This document shows positions 23,928 through 33,613 of a stretch of DNA of 64,000 nt, in pieces (position 1 is the stretch's first letter; every line of letters starts with the position of its first letter). Made by a program: the position numbers and the translations under genes. The notes beneath the pieces were generated by a model, which saw only the letters and a list, made by a program, of their open reading frames with translations, ran no database searches and was not told where the DNA came from. This DNA is from an uncultured delta proteobacterium (GTDB taxonomy: Bacteria > Myxococcota_A > Polyangia > Fen-1088): contig CAVYGB010000002.1 in assembly GCA_963767925.1 (NCBI GenBank), positions 288,001-352,000 of the forward strand. Direction: 5' to 3'.

Positions 23928-24620
23928 GTGGACGGTGGCCTTCGATCGCACGCCGAGGGGGTGCGGGCTTCGATCGTGGGGGGGCGATGGGACCCGGTGT
24001 GGTTCCGGGGGGCGCTGCTCGCGGTGCCGGCGGGGGCGCGGGATGGGTGGGTGGATTGCGTGCTCGGCCTCGAGGTGATTCCCGAGGATGGGCCGGAGCT
24101 GCCGCGCGGCTGCGTGCCTTACCTGCCTGCTCCCGTCGATGCGCTGCTGCGTTTGAGCGAGCAGGCTGCCGTCGGCGCGCGCGACCGGTTCGTCGACATC
24201 GGGTGCGGGCCGGGGCGGGCGGCGGTGCTGGTGCACCTCCTGACCGGGGCGCCTGCGGTCGGGATCGAGGTGCAGCCGGGGCTGGTGGCGGTGGGGCGGG
24301 CGCTGGTCGCGCGTCTGGGCCTCGCGGCGGTCTCTTTCGTGGCGGGGGACGCGGTCGAGCAGACGGCGGCGCTCGCGGAGGGCTCCCTGTTTTTCCTGTA
24401 TTGCCCCTTCAGCGGGGAGCGCCTGGCGCGCGTGCTCGCCACCCTGGAGGCGGTGGCGGCCCGGCGGCCGATCCACGTCGGCTGCCTGGACCTCCCCCTG
24501 CCGCCCTGCCCCTGGCTCGAGCCGGTGCCGCCGTTCTCCGTGGATCTCGCGATCTACCGCAGCCGGCCGCCCACCCTCGCCCCGCTCCCGGAGCCGCCGC
24601 CGTCAGGGGCTGGCGGGTGA
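23928..24620 (+). CDS. Class I SAM-dependent methyltransferase (start uncertain)
   Basis: PYLP, FVDIGCGPGR, GIE, GDA and FLYCPF motifs. Confidence 0.8.
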   Translation: MDGGLRSHAEGVRASIVGGRWDPVWFRGALLAVPAGARDGWVDCVLGLEVIPEDGPELPRGCVPYLPAPVDALLRLSEQAAVGARDRFVDIGCGPGRAAVLVHLLTGAPAVGIEVQPGLVAVGRALVARLGLAAVSFVAGDAVEQTAALAEGSLFFLYCPFSGERLARVLATLEAVAARRPIHVGCLDLPLPPCPWLEPVPPFSVDLAIYRSRPPTLAPLPEPPPSGAGG

Positions 24621-26771
24621 CTCGGCGCCGTGGGCGTTGCCGTTGCTGCTGCCGCCGCCCGGGTTGCCGTTGCGGCGGGGCAGGTCGTGGCCGATCAGGA
24701 TCTCGCGGGCCAGGCTGACCGCCTCCTCGGTCCCGGTCAGCACCAGGAGGTCGTTCGGCTGCAGGGTCTGCTCGGCGGTGGGATAGACCAGGTCGGTCTC
24801 ACCCCGCTCGATGGCGATCACGGTGGCGCCGGTCTGGGCTCTCAGGTCCAGGTCCTTGAGGGTCAGGCCGACCGAGCGGCCGTCGGGCAAGATGCGCACG
24901 GTGGAGGTCTCGCCCAGCCCGGGGACCAGCCGCCGGATCTCCTCGCGCGAGGCGGCGGACGGCTCGGTGACGAGGGACTGGCTGGCCAGCGATTCGAGGA
25001 TGACCTGGGCGCCGGCCCGGACGTGGCCGTGCAGGTTCGTCGCGCTCCGCCAGAAGGGGACGACAAGGACGATCACGCCCATCACCACGATGAGCACGAC
25101 CGGGAAGCGCACGAAGGGCTGGGTCACCGCCGCCAGGGGGATCCCCGCCAGCAGGAGGATGGCGAGCTGGAAGGTGACGAGCAGGGCGCGGCGGGAGGCG
25201 GCGGCGCGGTCGAGGGCCTCGGTGCCCCGGGGCAGGGCCTCGGAGACGAGGGCCGTCCCCAGGGCGCGGGCGATGCGCACGGCCCCGAAGACGAAGGGGA
25301 CCGCCAGGGTCACCACCGCGGCCACGACGACCCAGCGGACGAGCTGCGGCTCCATGCTGAAGCGCCCGACGGCGATGGCCAGCAGGCGGTTCATGCTGAG
25401 CGACGAGACGATGATCAGGCCGGCCAGGGCCACCAGGTCGACCAGCAGCAAACCGACCAGCTTGCGGATGTAGGACCAGGCGGTGCGGTGCTCGGGGGTG
25501 GAGCGAAGCTGCTGCACCCAGGAGCCGTACAGGGTGACGAAGGTCTGCAGCGCGCGGGGCAGGCGGCTGTCGACGAAGGAGGCGAAGGGGCCGGAGGCCC
25601 GGATCAGCCAGGGGGTCACCAGCGTGGTGAGGGCGGAGACCGCCACCGCCACCGGATAGATGAAGGTGCCGGTGGCGTTGAGGGCCACCCCCACCCCGGC
25701 GATGATGAAGGAGAACTCGCCGATCTGGGCCAGGCTCATGCCGGCCTGGACCGAGGTGCGCACCGAGCGGCCGGCCAGGAAGCTCCCCAGCCCCACCCCG
25801 AACACCTTGCCCACCACCACCACCAGGGTCAACACCAGCACGGCGACCCAGTGCTCGGCCACCAGCACCGGATCGATCAACATGCCGACCGAGACGAAGA
25901 AGATGGCGGCGAACAGGTCGCGGATCGGCTCCATGGCCCGCTCGATGGTCTTGACCACGCCCGACTCGGCCACCAGGGCGCCGCCCAGGAAGGCCCCCAG
26001 CGCGACCGAATAGCCGAACTTGCGGGCCAGCAGGGCGCAGGCGAAGCAGATCCCCACCGAGACGACGACGGTCGTCTCCATCCGGCCCATGCGCACGATG
26101 AAGCGCATGAAGCGCGGCACCAGCAAGATGCCGATCACCAGCATGCCGATGAGGAAGGTGGCGAGCTTGGCCAGCGTCCAGGCGAGGGCGCCCGCCGAGA
26201 GGCCCACGCCCGAGGCCACCGGGGTCAAGATCGCCAGCAACAAGATGGCGATGAGGTCCTCGACGATGAGGATGCCGAAGACGAAGTCGGCGACCTTGCC
26301 CTTGATGTTCTGCTCGGCGAAGGCCTTGACGATGATCGTCGTGCTGGAGATGGCGATGAGGGCGCCGGTGAACAGGCTCTCGAGCGGGCGCCAGCCGAAC
26401 AGCCGCCCCACGACGTAGCCCAGCCAGATCATCAGGCTGCACTGGATGACCGCCACCACCCCGGCGGTGGGCCCCACCCGGACCAGCTTGCGCAGGCTGA
26501 ACTCCAGACCCAGGGCGAACATCAGGAGGATCACCCCGATCTCGGAGAACTGGTGGGCGGTGGCCTCGTTGGCGAACAGCGGCACCGGCAGGTGGGGGCC
26601 GACGATGAGGCCGGCGATGAGGTAGCCCAGGATGACCGGCTGCTTGATCCGCTGGAACAGGACGGTGGTGCCCGCGGCCACGCACAGGATGACCGCCAGA
26701 TCGGTCAACAGGTCGAACCCCCCCCCACCCTGGGAGGGGACTGCGGCCATCCAGCTCAGCAGGCCCGACAC
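24603..26771 (-). CDS. CPA2 cation:proton antiporter with C-terminal TrkA-C (RCK_C) domain
   Basis: GYLIAGLIVGP, ISSTTII, LIVED and FFVSVGM motifs; C-terminal VGLTLKDLDLRAQTGATVIAIER. Confidence 0.93.
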   Translation of the reverse strand: MSGLLSWMAAVPSQGGGGFDLLTDLAVILCVAAGTTVLFQRIKQPVILGYLIAGLIVGPHLPVPLFANEATAHQFSEIGVILLMFALGLEFSLRKLVRVGPTAGVVAVIQCSLMIWLGYVVGRLFGWRPLESLFTGALIAISSTTIIVKAFAEQNIKGKVADFVFGILIVEDLIAILLLAILTPVASGVGLSAGALAWTLAKLATFLIGMLVIGILLVPRFMRFIVRMGRMETTVVVSVGICFACALLARKFGYSVALGAFLGGALVAESGVVKTIERAMEPIRDLFAAIFFVSVGMLIDPVLVAEHWVAVLVLTLVVVVGKVFGVGLGSFLAGRSVRTSVQAGMSLAQIGEFSFIIAGVGVALNATGTFIYPVAVAVSALTTLVTPWLIRASGPFASFVDSRLPRALQTFVTLYGSWVQQLRSTPEHRTAWSYIRKLVGLLLVDLVALAGLIIVSSLSMNRLLAIAVGRFSMEPQLVRWVVVAAVVTLAVPFVFGAVRIARALGTALVSEALPRGTEALDRAAASRRALLVTFQLAILLLAGIPLAAVTQPFVRFPVVLIVVMGVIVLVVPFWRSATNLHGHVRAGAQVILESLASQSLVTEPSAASREEIRRLVPGLGETSTVRILPDGRSVGLTLKDLDLRAQTGATVIAIERGETDLVYPTAEQTLQPNDLLVLTGTEEAVSLAREILIGHDLPRRNGNPGGGSSNGNAHGAESPASP

Positions 26772-26945
26772 TCCAAAACCATGGCAAGGCTGGTCGAGCC
26801 CCGCAATGCTCGATTTGTTTCCGGCGCGCTTATCTCTCGCCGGGCCCCGGGTGTCCCACCGCCTCTCGGTGGCGCACCGATTCGCGGGCGGTCTCGCCCA
26901 CCTCCCGCCCCCGCCGGCGCGGCGGGGGCAGGAGCGGCGAGAGGC

Positions 26946-28562
26946 TCAACCGTGGAAGTGGTTGTGGTGGCCGCTGGCGCGTTCGCGCTTGAGGAAGGTG
27001 AAGAACTCCCGGCGGGTGCGGGGACCCTGCGTGTCCCGGCGGTCGAAGCGGGGGACCGAGCGGGGATCCTCCAGGAAGGCCGTGCGCAGGCGGGAGATGT
27101 CGTCGTTGGTGAGGACGAAGCGGGTCTTGGCCGGGTCGATGCCGTAGGCGGCGGCGCCGTTGAGCCCGAAGATCTTGCGACGGATCGGGTCGGTGAGGGC
27201 GGGGTAGCCGTTGGCCTGCTGGAGGGCCTCCGGGATCACGAGGCGCCTCATGGCGGCGATCTGGCCGGCCGGCGAGCCGCCCATCACGCAGTCGGTGCCC
27301 CACAGGACCCGGTCCTCGCCGACGTAGCGGAGCAGCTTGCCGATCACGTGGGCGGCGTTCTGCGGCTGCTGGGCCAGGTTGCGCCAGGTGGTGCCGAGCT
27401 CGGCGTACACGTTCGAGTTGGGCGGGAGCTGGTTCTCTTCCATGGCCCGGATCAGCCGGTCGACGCCCGAGAGGCTGGCCGAGGGGGCCTGCGGGTTGTA
27501 GGCCGTCTCGGTCTTGCTGCTCCAGCCGCCGTGGTAGATGAGAAACTTGATGTCGGGCGCCGCCTTGGCCGCGCGGACCACGTCGAGGGGCGAGTTGGGC
27601 CCGGTGTAGGCGTCGCCGCTGATGCCCCGGTGCATGGCGATGATCTTGATGTTCAGATCGCGGGCCGCCTTCACGTACGTGTTGAGCGTGTTCTCGTTGG
27701 CCAGCCCGTTGGCCAGGCCCGGCAGGGGGTAGCCCTTCCAGGCGGCGATGTTCCGGAACTGCCGGGAGGACTGGGCCATGTAGTCGGCCTCGCCGTTGCG
27801 CTGGGGGTCGGTGTTGCAGTGGAACAGCAGGCGCGAGCCGCCGTAGCGCTCCATCAGCTCGAGCATCTGCTCGCGGGCCTGGTTGCAGGCGGGCCCCTGG
27901 TTGCGGGTGTCGGGCGTCCCGGTGATGCAGGCGACGGTGGTCTCGCTCTCGATGAAGATCTGCGACATGAAGCTCAGCACCTGGTTGGGGGGCCGGTTGC
28001 CCATCCAGGAGACCTCCGTCGGCTGCACGTGGGTCTGCACGTCGAAGATGAACTCGTTGCCGGTCAGCGCCTCGCGGGCGGCGCCCATGTCCTCCAGCAT
28101 GTCGCGGCGGACGTCGTAGGCCGCGCTGTCGCCGCTGGGACCCCCGTCGGGGGCGCGCCCGCCCGAGCCGCCCGCCCCACCCCGCCCCCCGCTGCCCGCG
28201 CTGCCGCCGCTGCCGGCCGCGCCACCGCTGCCGGCCGCGCCGCCCGTCCCGGCCGGGCCGGCTCCGCCGGTGCCTCCGCCCGCCCCACCGGTGGCGGTGT
28301 CGCCCGGGTTGGTGCCGCTGTCGCTGCAGGCGACCTGGTTGATGGCGAACAGCCAGGCGGCGGTGCCGCAGGCGCTCTCGGCGAACTGGCGGCGGGTCAT
28401 CCCCAGCCGACGGTGTTTCTCCTCGACGATGCTCTTCCAGAGCTGCCAGCGCTTCTGGCCGACCTCGGTCGAGCCGATCGGCAGGTATTCGCCGTTGGAC
28501 GGCGGGTCGAAGTCGATGGGCGGCTGGATGGGTAGCTCGGACTCGGACTTCTTGTTGGGCAT
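26946..28562 (-). CDS. Amidohydrolase_2 family metallohydrolase with internal twin-Arg segment and Gly-rich linker
   Basis: FDVQTH, AMHRG, IYHGG, NVYAELG and VLWGTD motifs; MTRRQF...AC. Confidence 0.85.
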   Translation of the reverse strand: MPNKKSESELPIQPPIDFDPPSNGEYLPIGSTEVGQKRWQLWKSIVEEKHRRLGMTRRQFAESACGTAAWLFAINQVACSDSGTNPGDTATGGAGGGTGGAGPAGTGGAAGSGGAAGSGGSAGSGGRGGAGGSGGRAPDGGPSGDSAAYDVRRDMLEDMGAAREALTGNEFIFDVQTHVQPTEVSWMGNRPPNQVLSFMSQIFIESETTVACITGTPDTRNQGPACNQAREQMLELMERYGGSRLLFHCNTDPQRNGEADYMAQSSRQFRNIAAWKGYPLPGLANGLANENTLNTYVKAARDLNIKIIAMHRGISGDAYTGPNSPLDVVRAAKAAPDIKFLIYHGGWSSKTETAYNPQAPSASLSGVDRLIRAMEENQLPPNSNVYAELGTTWRNLAQQPQNAAHVIGKLLRYVGEDRVLWGTDCVMGGSPAGQIAAMRRLVIPEALQQANGYPALTDPIRRKIFGLNGAAAYGIDPAKTRFVLTNDDISRLRTAFLEDPRSVPRFDRRDTQGPRTRREFFTFLKRERASGHHNHFHG

Positions 28563-28700
28563 GGGCGCTCTCCCTCTTTTCTGGGGGCTCACGTGGGGGC
28601 CGGCGCGCGGCGGGGGCGAGTATAGTTCACAAGGGCATACCTCGGCGCCGGTCGGATCACCGATCGCGCCGCGCCGGGCCGACGTGGCGAGGCTGGGCCC

Positions 28701-29126
28701 CTACCACTCGCCCTGGCTGGGCATCGAGGCCCAGGGCTCGCGGGGCGGCAACGATTCGCCGCGCTGGAGCAGCTCGACCGAGTGGCCGTCGGGCGATTTG
28801 ATGAAGGCCATGTGGCCGTCGCGCGGAGGCCGCAAGATGGCCACCCCGCCCTCCTGCAGGCGCTGGCAGGTGGCGTAGATGTCGTCGACCTGGTAGGCGA
28901 GGTGCCCGAAAAATCGCCCGGTGGGGTAAGGATCCTTCTGATCCCAGTTGTAGGTCAGCTCGACCTCGGCGGGATCGCCCTCGCCCCCGCTGCCGAGGAA
29001 CACCAGCGTGAAGCGGCCCTTCTCGCTGGCCTTGCGGCGGAGCTCGCGCAGCCCGAGCTGCTCGACGAAGAACCGCAGGGCCGCGTCCAGATCGCGGACG
29101 CGCAACATCGTATGCAAGTAGCGCAT
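28701..29126 (-). CDS. gloA: Lactoylglutathione lyase (glyoxalase I)
   Basis: YLHTMLRV, ELTYNWD, FGHLAY and AFIKSPDGHSVEL motifs. Confidence 0.93.
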   Translation of the reverse strand: MRYLHTMLRVRDLDAALRFFVEQLGLRELRRKASEKGRFTLVFLGSGGEGDPAEVELTYNWDQKDPYPTGRFFGHLAYQVDDIYATCQRLQEGGVAILRPPRDGHMAFIKSPDGHSVELLQRGESLPPREPWASMPSQGEW

Positions 29127-29288
29127 GGGTCCCAACACTACCCCAGGCAGCGGGGGCCTGGGACGAGGCCGGCTGCTACTTTTTCAGGGGGGCTGAACGG
29201 AGTTGTTGCGTGGCGACGGGCGCCATGGTCAAGCTCCTCCGAAGATGGGTTAGTGTGGAGGTCAGGCGCCTCCACGCGACAGCAAGCC

Positions 29289-31085
29289 ATGGCGACGGGC
29301 GATCAGGACAAGGCGGCAGGGAATTCTCGAGCCTTCGACGAGGTGTCGCTGACGGTCCGCCGCTTCCGCGAGCTGGTCGAGACCGTCGACTCGGTCTTCT
29401 GGATCTACGATCCCACCTCCGGCCGGCTCGATTACATCAGCCCGGCCTTCGAGCCCCTGTGGGGCCGCAGCGTCGAGGCGGTGCTGGCCGACTCGCGCGT
29501 GCTCCTCGAGGCCATCCACCCTGACGACGCCCACCTGATGCACGAGGCGATGGAGCGGGAGCGGCGGGGCGAGCGCACGGTGATCGAGTTCCGGGTGGTC
29601 CGCCCCGACGGCAGCGTGCGCTGGGTGCAGGACAGCGCCTTTCCCATCCTCGACGACCAGGGGCACGTGCAGCGGGTGGCAGGCCTGGTCACCGACATCA
29701 CCGCTCGCCGGGCGGCCCAGTTCCGCTCGCACCTGCTGTCCGAGGTCAGTCGGGTGCTGGCCGGCACCACCGGGGTGGCGGCGATCTACGACAAGGTGGC
29801 CCAGCTCGTGGTGCCCGGGCTGGCCGACCTGTCGATCGTCGACCTCCTGGAGGAGAACCGGATCTACAGGGCCACCACCCACGCCCGCCCCGGCATCGAG
29901 GACATCGCCGAGGGGGTGCGGCGGTCGGCCCCCGGCCTGCACGAGCACCAGCACCCCCTCCTGCGGGCCATCAACGAAGGCCGGGTGATCTTCGAGAGGG
30001 TGACCGACGAGAACCGGCCCCACCTCGGCGCCACCCCCGAGCGCAGCCGGCTGCTGGCCGCCCTGAAGTCCTGGTCGTTCGTGGTGATGCCCCTGACCTC
30101 GCGCGGACGGGTGCTGGGCGCGCTGCAGTTCGTGCGCACCGATCCGGCGCGGGAGGACTTTACCGCCGAGGACCTCGACCTCATCGAGGAGCTGAGCCGC
30201 CGCATCTCGACCATCGTCGACAACGTCCAGCTCTACAAGACGGCCGAGGAGGCCCGCGAGCGGGCCGAGGCGATCGCCAACAGCCTGGCCGAACACGTCG
30301 AGCGGCTGTCGGCGGTGGAAGCCCAGCTCAAGAGCGCGGTCCGCCTGCGCGACGACTTCCTGTCGGTGGCCTCCCACGAGCTGAAGACGCCGCTCACGAC
30401 CTTGCGCATCCAGGTCGACGGCCTGCGCCGCCACGGGGTGGGACGGGACCAGGACGAGGAGCGCACCCGCACCAGCCTGGGGCGCATCCACTCCCAGCTC
30501 GGGCGGCTCGAGCGGCTGGTCGAGGAGCTGCTCGACGTCTCCCGCATCCAGTCCGGGCACCTCGAGCTGCGGCCGGAGCTGGTCGACCTCGGCGACCTGG
30601 CCCACGACGTGGTGACGGTGTTCCAGCAGCACCCCGCCTTCTCCGAGCGGATCCGGCTGCAGCGACAGCCCGGGGTGGTGGGGCACTGGGACCGGGCCCG
30701 CCTCGACCAGATCCTCACCAACCTGTTATCGAACGCCCTCAAATACGGGCGAGACCTGCCGGTGGAGCTCTCGATCCGCGGCGACGAGACCGGGGCGGTG
30801 GTCACGGTTGTCGACCACGGCATCGGCATCCCGCCCGCCGCCCAGAAGCGGGTGTTCGAGCGCTTCGAGCGAGCGGCCCCGACCGAGCACTACGGCGGCC
30901 TCGGCCTGGGCCTCTGGATCGTCCGGGAGATCGTCGAGGCGATGGGCGGGACCATCGCCGTCGACAGCCGGGTCGACGAGGGGTCGACCTTCACCGCCCG
31001 GGTGCCCCGCTACCCGCTCTACGCCCGCCTGGGCCCCGAGGCCCTGGCCAGCACCCCGCCGGTCACCCCCAAACCGCTGCGCTGA
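29289..31085 (+). CDS. Cytoplasmic PAS-GAF sensor histidine kinase
   Basis: PAS (YISPAFE..WG, IHPDD), GAF, ASHELKTPLT, NLLSNALKY, DHGIGI and GLGLGL motifs. Confidence 0.95.
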   Translation: MATGDQDKAAGNSRAFDEVSLTVRRFRELVETVDSVFWIYDPTSGRLDYISPAFEPLWGRSVEAVLADSRVLLEAIHPDDAHLMHEAMERERRGERTVIEFRVVRPDGSVRWVQDSAFPILDDQGHVQRVAGLVTDITARRAAQFRSHLLSEVSRVLAGTTGVAAIYDKVAQLVVPGLADLSIVDLLEENRIYRATTHARPGIEDIAEGVRRSAPGLHEHQHPLLRAINEGRVIFERVTDENRPHLGATPERSRLLAALKSWSFVVMPLTSRGRVLGALQFVRTDPAREDFTAEDLDLIEELSRRISTIVDNVQLYKTAEEARERAEAIANSLAEHVERLSAVEAQLKSAVRLRDDFLSVASHELKTPLTTLRIQVDGLRRHGVGRDQDEERTRTSLGRIHSQLGRLERLVEELLDVSRIQSGHLELRPELVDLGDLAHDVVTVFQQHPAFSERIRLQRQPGVVGHWDRARLDQILTNLLSNALKYGRDLPVELSIRGDETGAVVTVVDHGIGIPPAAQKRVFERFERAAPTEHYGGLGLGLWIVREIVEAMGGTIAVDSRVDEGSTFTARVPRYPLYARLGPEALASTPPVTPKPLR

Positions 31086-31098
31086 CCGGCGGGCCCGC

Positions 31099-31710
31099 TC
31101 AGGCGGCCTGGACCTTGCCGATCATCTGATCGACGGTCAGCACCTGGGCGAAGGCGAAGCCGAGCACGGCGCAGGTGGCCTTCTGCAGGACGTCCTTGGG
31201 CACCCCGTCCATGTCGATGGTGGTGGTGCCGTCGCTGAGGAAGAACACCCGGAAGTCGCGGGCGTTGGCCTCGCGGGCGGTGGTCTCGGCGCACACGTTG
31301 GTGGCGATGCCGCTGATGATGATGCTGTCGATGCCGCGCGAGCGCAGGATCAGCTCCAGGTCGGTGCCGTGAAAGGCGCCGAAGCGGGGCTTGTCGAGGA
31401 CGATGTCGCTGGCCTCCACCTTCAGGTCCTTGTGGAGGGCGGCGGCGAAGGAGCCCTTGGCGATCATCCCCTCGCGGGTGGGGGGGATGATCTCGCCCAT
31501 GACCCCCACGTTCGACCCGTCGGGGCGGGTGACGTGGGCGGTGTGCACCACCAGCACGCCGGCCTTGCGGCAGATGGCGGCCAGCTTGTTGACCCGGGCG
31601 ACGACGGCAGGACCGTCGGGCGGCGAGACCGGGAAGCCCTCGACGAACACGTTCTGCAAGTCGACGTTGACGAGCGCCAGCTTGCGAAGATCAACCGGGA
31701 AATCCACCAT
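31099..31710 (-). CDS. Isochorismatase-family cysteine hydrolase
   Basis: VDLQNVF, DKPRFGAF and GIATNVCAETTAR motifs; GGAGG RBS. Confidence 0.92.
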   Translation of the reverse strand: MVDFPVDLRKLALVNVDLQNVFVEGFPVSPPDGPAVVARVNKLAAICRKAGVLVVHTAHVTRPDGSNVGVMGEIIPPTREGMIAKGSFAAALHKDLKVEASDIVLDKPRFGAFHGTDLELILRSRGIDSIIISGIATNVCAETTAREANARDFRVFFLSDGTTTIDMDGVPKDVLQKATCAVLGFAFAQVLTVDQMIGKVQAA

Positions 31711-31787
31711 GATCGCCCCTCCTTTTCGAAGACTCCTCGACGTTACCACGCCGTCGCGGTGGCGGGGACCCTCCCGGGGTCCCGGCC

Positions 31788-33407
31788 TCAGGGCTGGGCG
31801 CCGTCGGCGAGGGCGGCGATCTCGGCGTCCTCGAGGGGGCGGTCGTAGACGACAAGCTCGTCGATGGCGCCGACCAGGCGCTGGGTTGTCACGGCCGGGT
31901 CGGCGCCGTTGACGCCCGCGCCGATCAGCAGGGGCGCGGCGGCGGTGACGGTGCGGCCCCGATAGGACCGCCGCTCGGCCACCCGCAGCCCGTCGACGAA
32001 GAGGCGGACCCGACCGTCCTGGTGCACGGCCGCCAGGTGCACCCAGCGGTGCAGGGCCCCGGGCAGCGGGTGGCGGAGGGTGCCGTTCCAGACGTGGCTG
32101 GCCAGGCTGAGCCGGTCGTCGTCGAAGCCGAAGAAGAAGTGGTCGCGCTGGCCGCTGCCGAGCTGGCGGGTGGCCAGCACGCGCAGGCCCCGCTGCGCGC
32201 GGGTGCGCTTGACCCAGGCGGCGACGGTGAGGTCGGCGCTGCGGCCGAAGCGAGGATCGGGGCACTCGAGCCAGCCGCGGCCGCTGAGGTTGACCGCGCC
32301 GGCCAGCCGGCCCTCGACCCAGTCGGCCTCGGGATCGAGGCCCCGGAGCTGGCAGTCGGTGGCGTGGCCGGACTGGTCGCGGGCGGCGGGGCTGCCCCGG
32401 CCGTCGTCGAAGCGCCAGTAACCGATCAACCCCTGCGCCAGGCGGGCGCGGCTGTCCCTGGCGACCGCAAAGGGCCCCGGCAAGGTGGCGGCGAAGTGCC
32501 GTGCCTCGGGCGCGCGCAGGCGCGGGGCGGACGGGCGGACGCTGTCGCTGCCCGCGCGGTCGAGCAGGCGCGCGGCCCGCGGGGTGGGCCCGGGCGCGGA
32601 TGCGGGTCGCTCCGACACCCGGAAGGCGAGGGCCAGGGCGATCACCGCGGTGGCAGCGCCGGCCAGCGCCGCCGACACCCGCACCGGATCCAGCGGGGCC
32701 AGGGGAGCCAGGGGAGGACCGGCCGGCTCTCTCGCGCTCACCGTTCCGCCCGGCGCGCTGGCGCCGCCGGGCAGGGCGGGGAGGAGCGCCCGCACCCGCC
32801 GCAGGATGCGGGCGCGCGTCTCGGGCGGCGGGGGATCGGGCTGCTGCGCGCCGGCCAGCCAGGCCTCGGCGGCTCCCGGCGGCAGGGCCAGCGCCTGAGC
32901 CTGGCCCATGCGGCGGACGGCCCGGGCAAAGGCGCCACGGGCGGTGACCAGGCGGCTGTACAGGGTGCTGAGCGGCTCGGTCAGGACGGCGGCGATCTCC
33001 TGCATCGCCACCCCCTCGAGGTCGTGCAGGATGAGGAGGCTGCGGTGCTTGTCGCTGAGCGCGCCGAGGGCGTCGCGCACGAGGTCCCGGGCGCGGCGAG
33101 CGGCCAGCGCCTGATCGGGGGCGGGGGCCTCGCCGGCTACCTCGATCAGGCCGGCGGGGACCTCGCGCCGCGGGCGCTTGCGGTGATCCTGGGCCACCCG
33201 CAGGGCGATGCCGAGCAGCCAGGGGCGCAGGGGCCGCTGCGGATCGTAGTCCTGCCAGCGCCGCCACATCACGAGGAACACCTCCTGGGCCAGGTCCTCG
33301 GCGTCGGCGGGGCCCACGCCGTGGCGGCGCAGGACCCGATGAACCACGTCGAGCTCGCCGGCGAAGGCGCCGAAACAGGCCGGCAGACGGGTCGGGTGCT
33401 GCTTCAT
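31788..33407 (-). CDS. ECF sigma factor fused to a TM helix and a LamG/concanavalin-like domain
   Basis: DAEDLAQEVFL..W (sigma2); LILHDLEG...EIA..L...STLYSRL (sigma4); hydrophobic VSAALAGAATAVIALALAF; LIGYWRFDD...TVAAWVK...WVHLA...LFVDG...GAIDELVVYDRPL. Confidence 0.88.
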   Translation of the reverse strand: MKQHPTRLPACFGAFAGELDVVHRVLRRHGVGPADAEDLAQEVFLVMWRRWQDYDPQRPLRPWLLGIALRVAQDHRKRPRREVPAGLIEVAGEAPAPDQALAARRARDLVRDALGALSDKHRSLLILHDLEGVAMQEIAAVLTEPLSTLYSRLVTARGAFARAVRRMGQAQALALPPGAAEAWLAGAQQPDPPPPETRARILRRVRALLPALPGGASAPGGTVSAREPAGPPLAPLAPLDPVRVSAALAGAATAVIALALAFRVSERPASAPGPTPRAARLLDRAGSDSVRPSAPRLRAPEARHFAATLPGPFAVARDSRARLAQGLIGYWRFDDGRGSPAARDQSGHATDCQLRGLDPEADWVEGRLAGAVNLSGRGWLECPDPRFGRSADLTVAAWVKRTRAQRGLRVLATRQLGSGQRDHFFFGFDDDRLSLASHVWNGTLRHPLPGALHRWVHLAAVHQDGRVRLFVDGLRVAERRSYRGRTVTAAAPLLIGAGVNGADPAVTTQRLVGAIDELVVYDRPLEDAEIAALADGAQP

Positions 33408-33613
33408 CGGGCTCGGGCGATGCGGAGGTAGCCGATCCGGGCCGCGGGCTGCCCGGAGGCTTGGCTGCCGCGCGCCTGCTGGCCAGCGTACACCGGCCCT
33501 GGCGGGCACGGCGCGCCGAACCGGGCGGCCGGGCTGCTGCGGCTGGTCACCTGGCGCGGCCGGGCCTGCACGATTGTTTCGTGTGAATCGGCGGGCGCGA
33601 CCAATAGCTCTCG

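Noticed and set aside
24630..28535. 1301-aa plus-strand ORF and similar long antisense ORFs (e.g. 5401..7590, 56904..59450)
   Set aside because: Shadow ORFs opposite well-supported genes, as expected in high-GC DNA.
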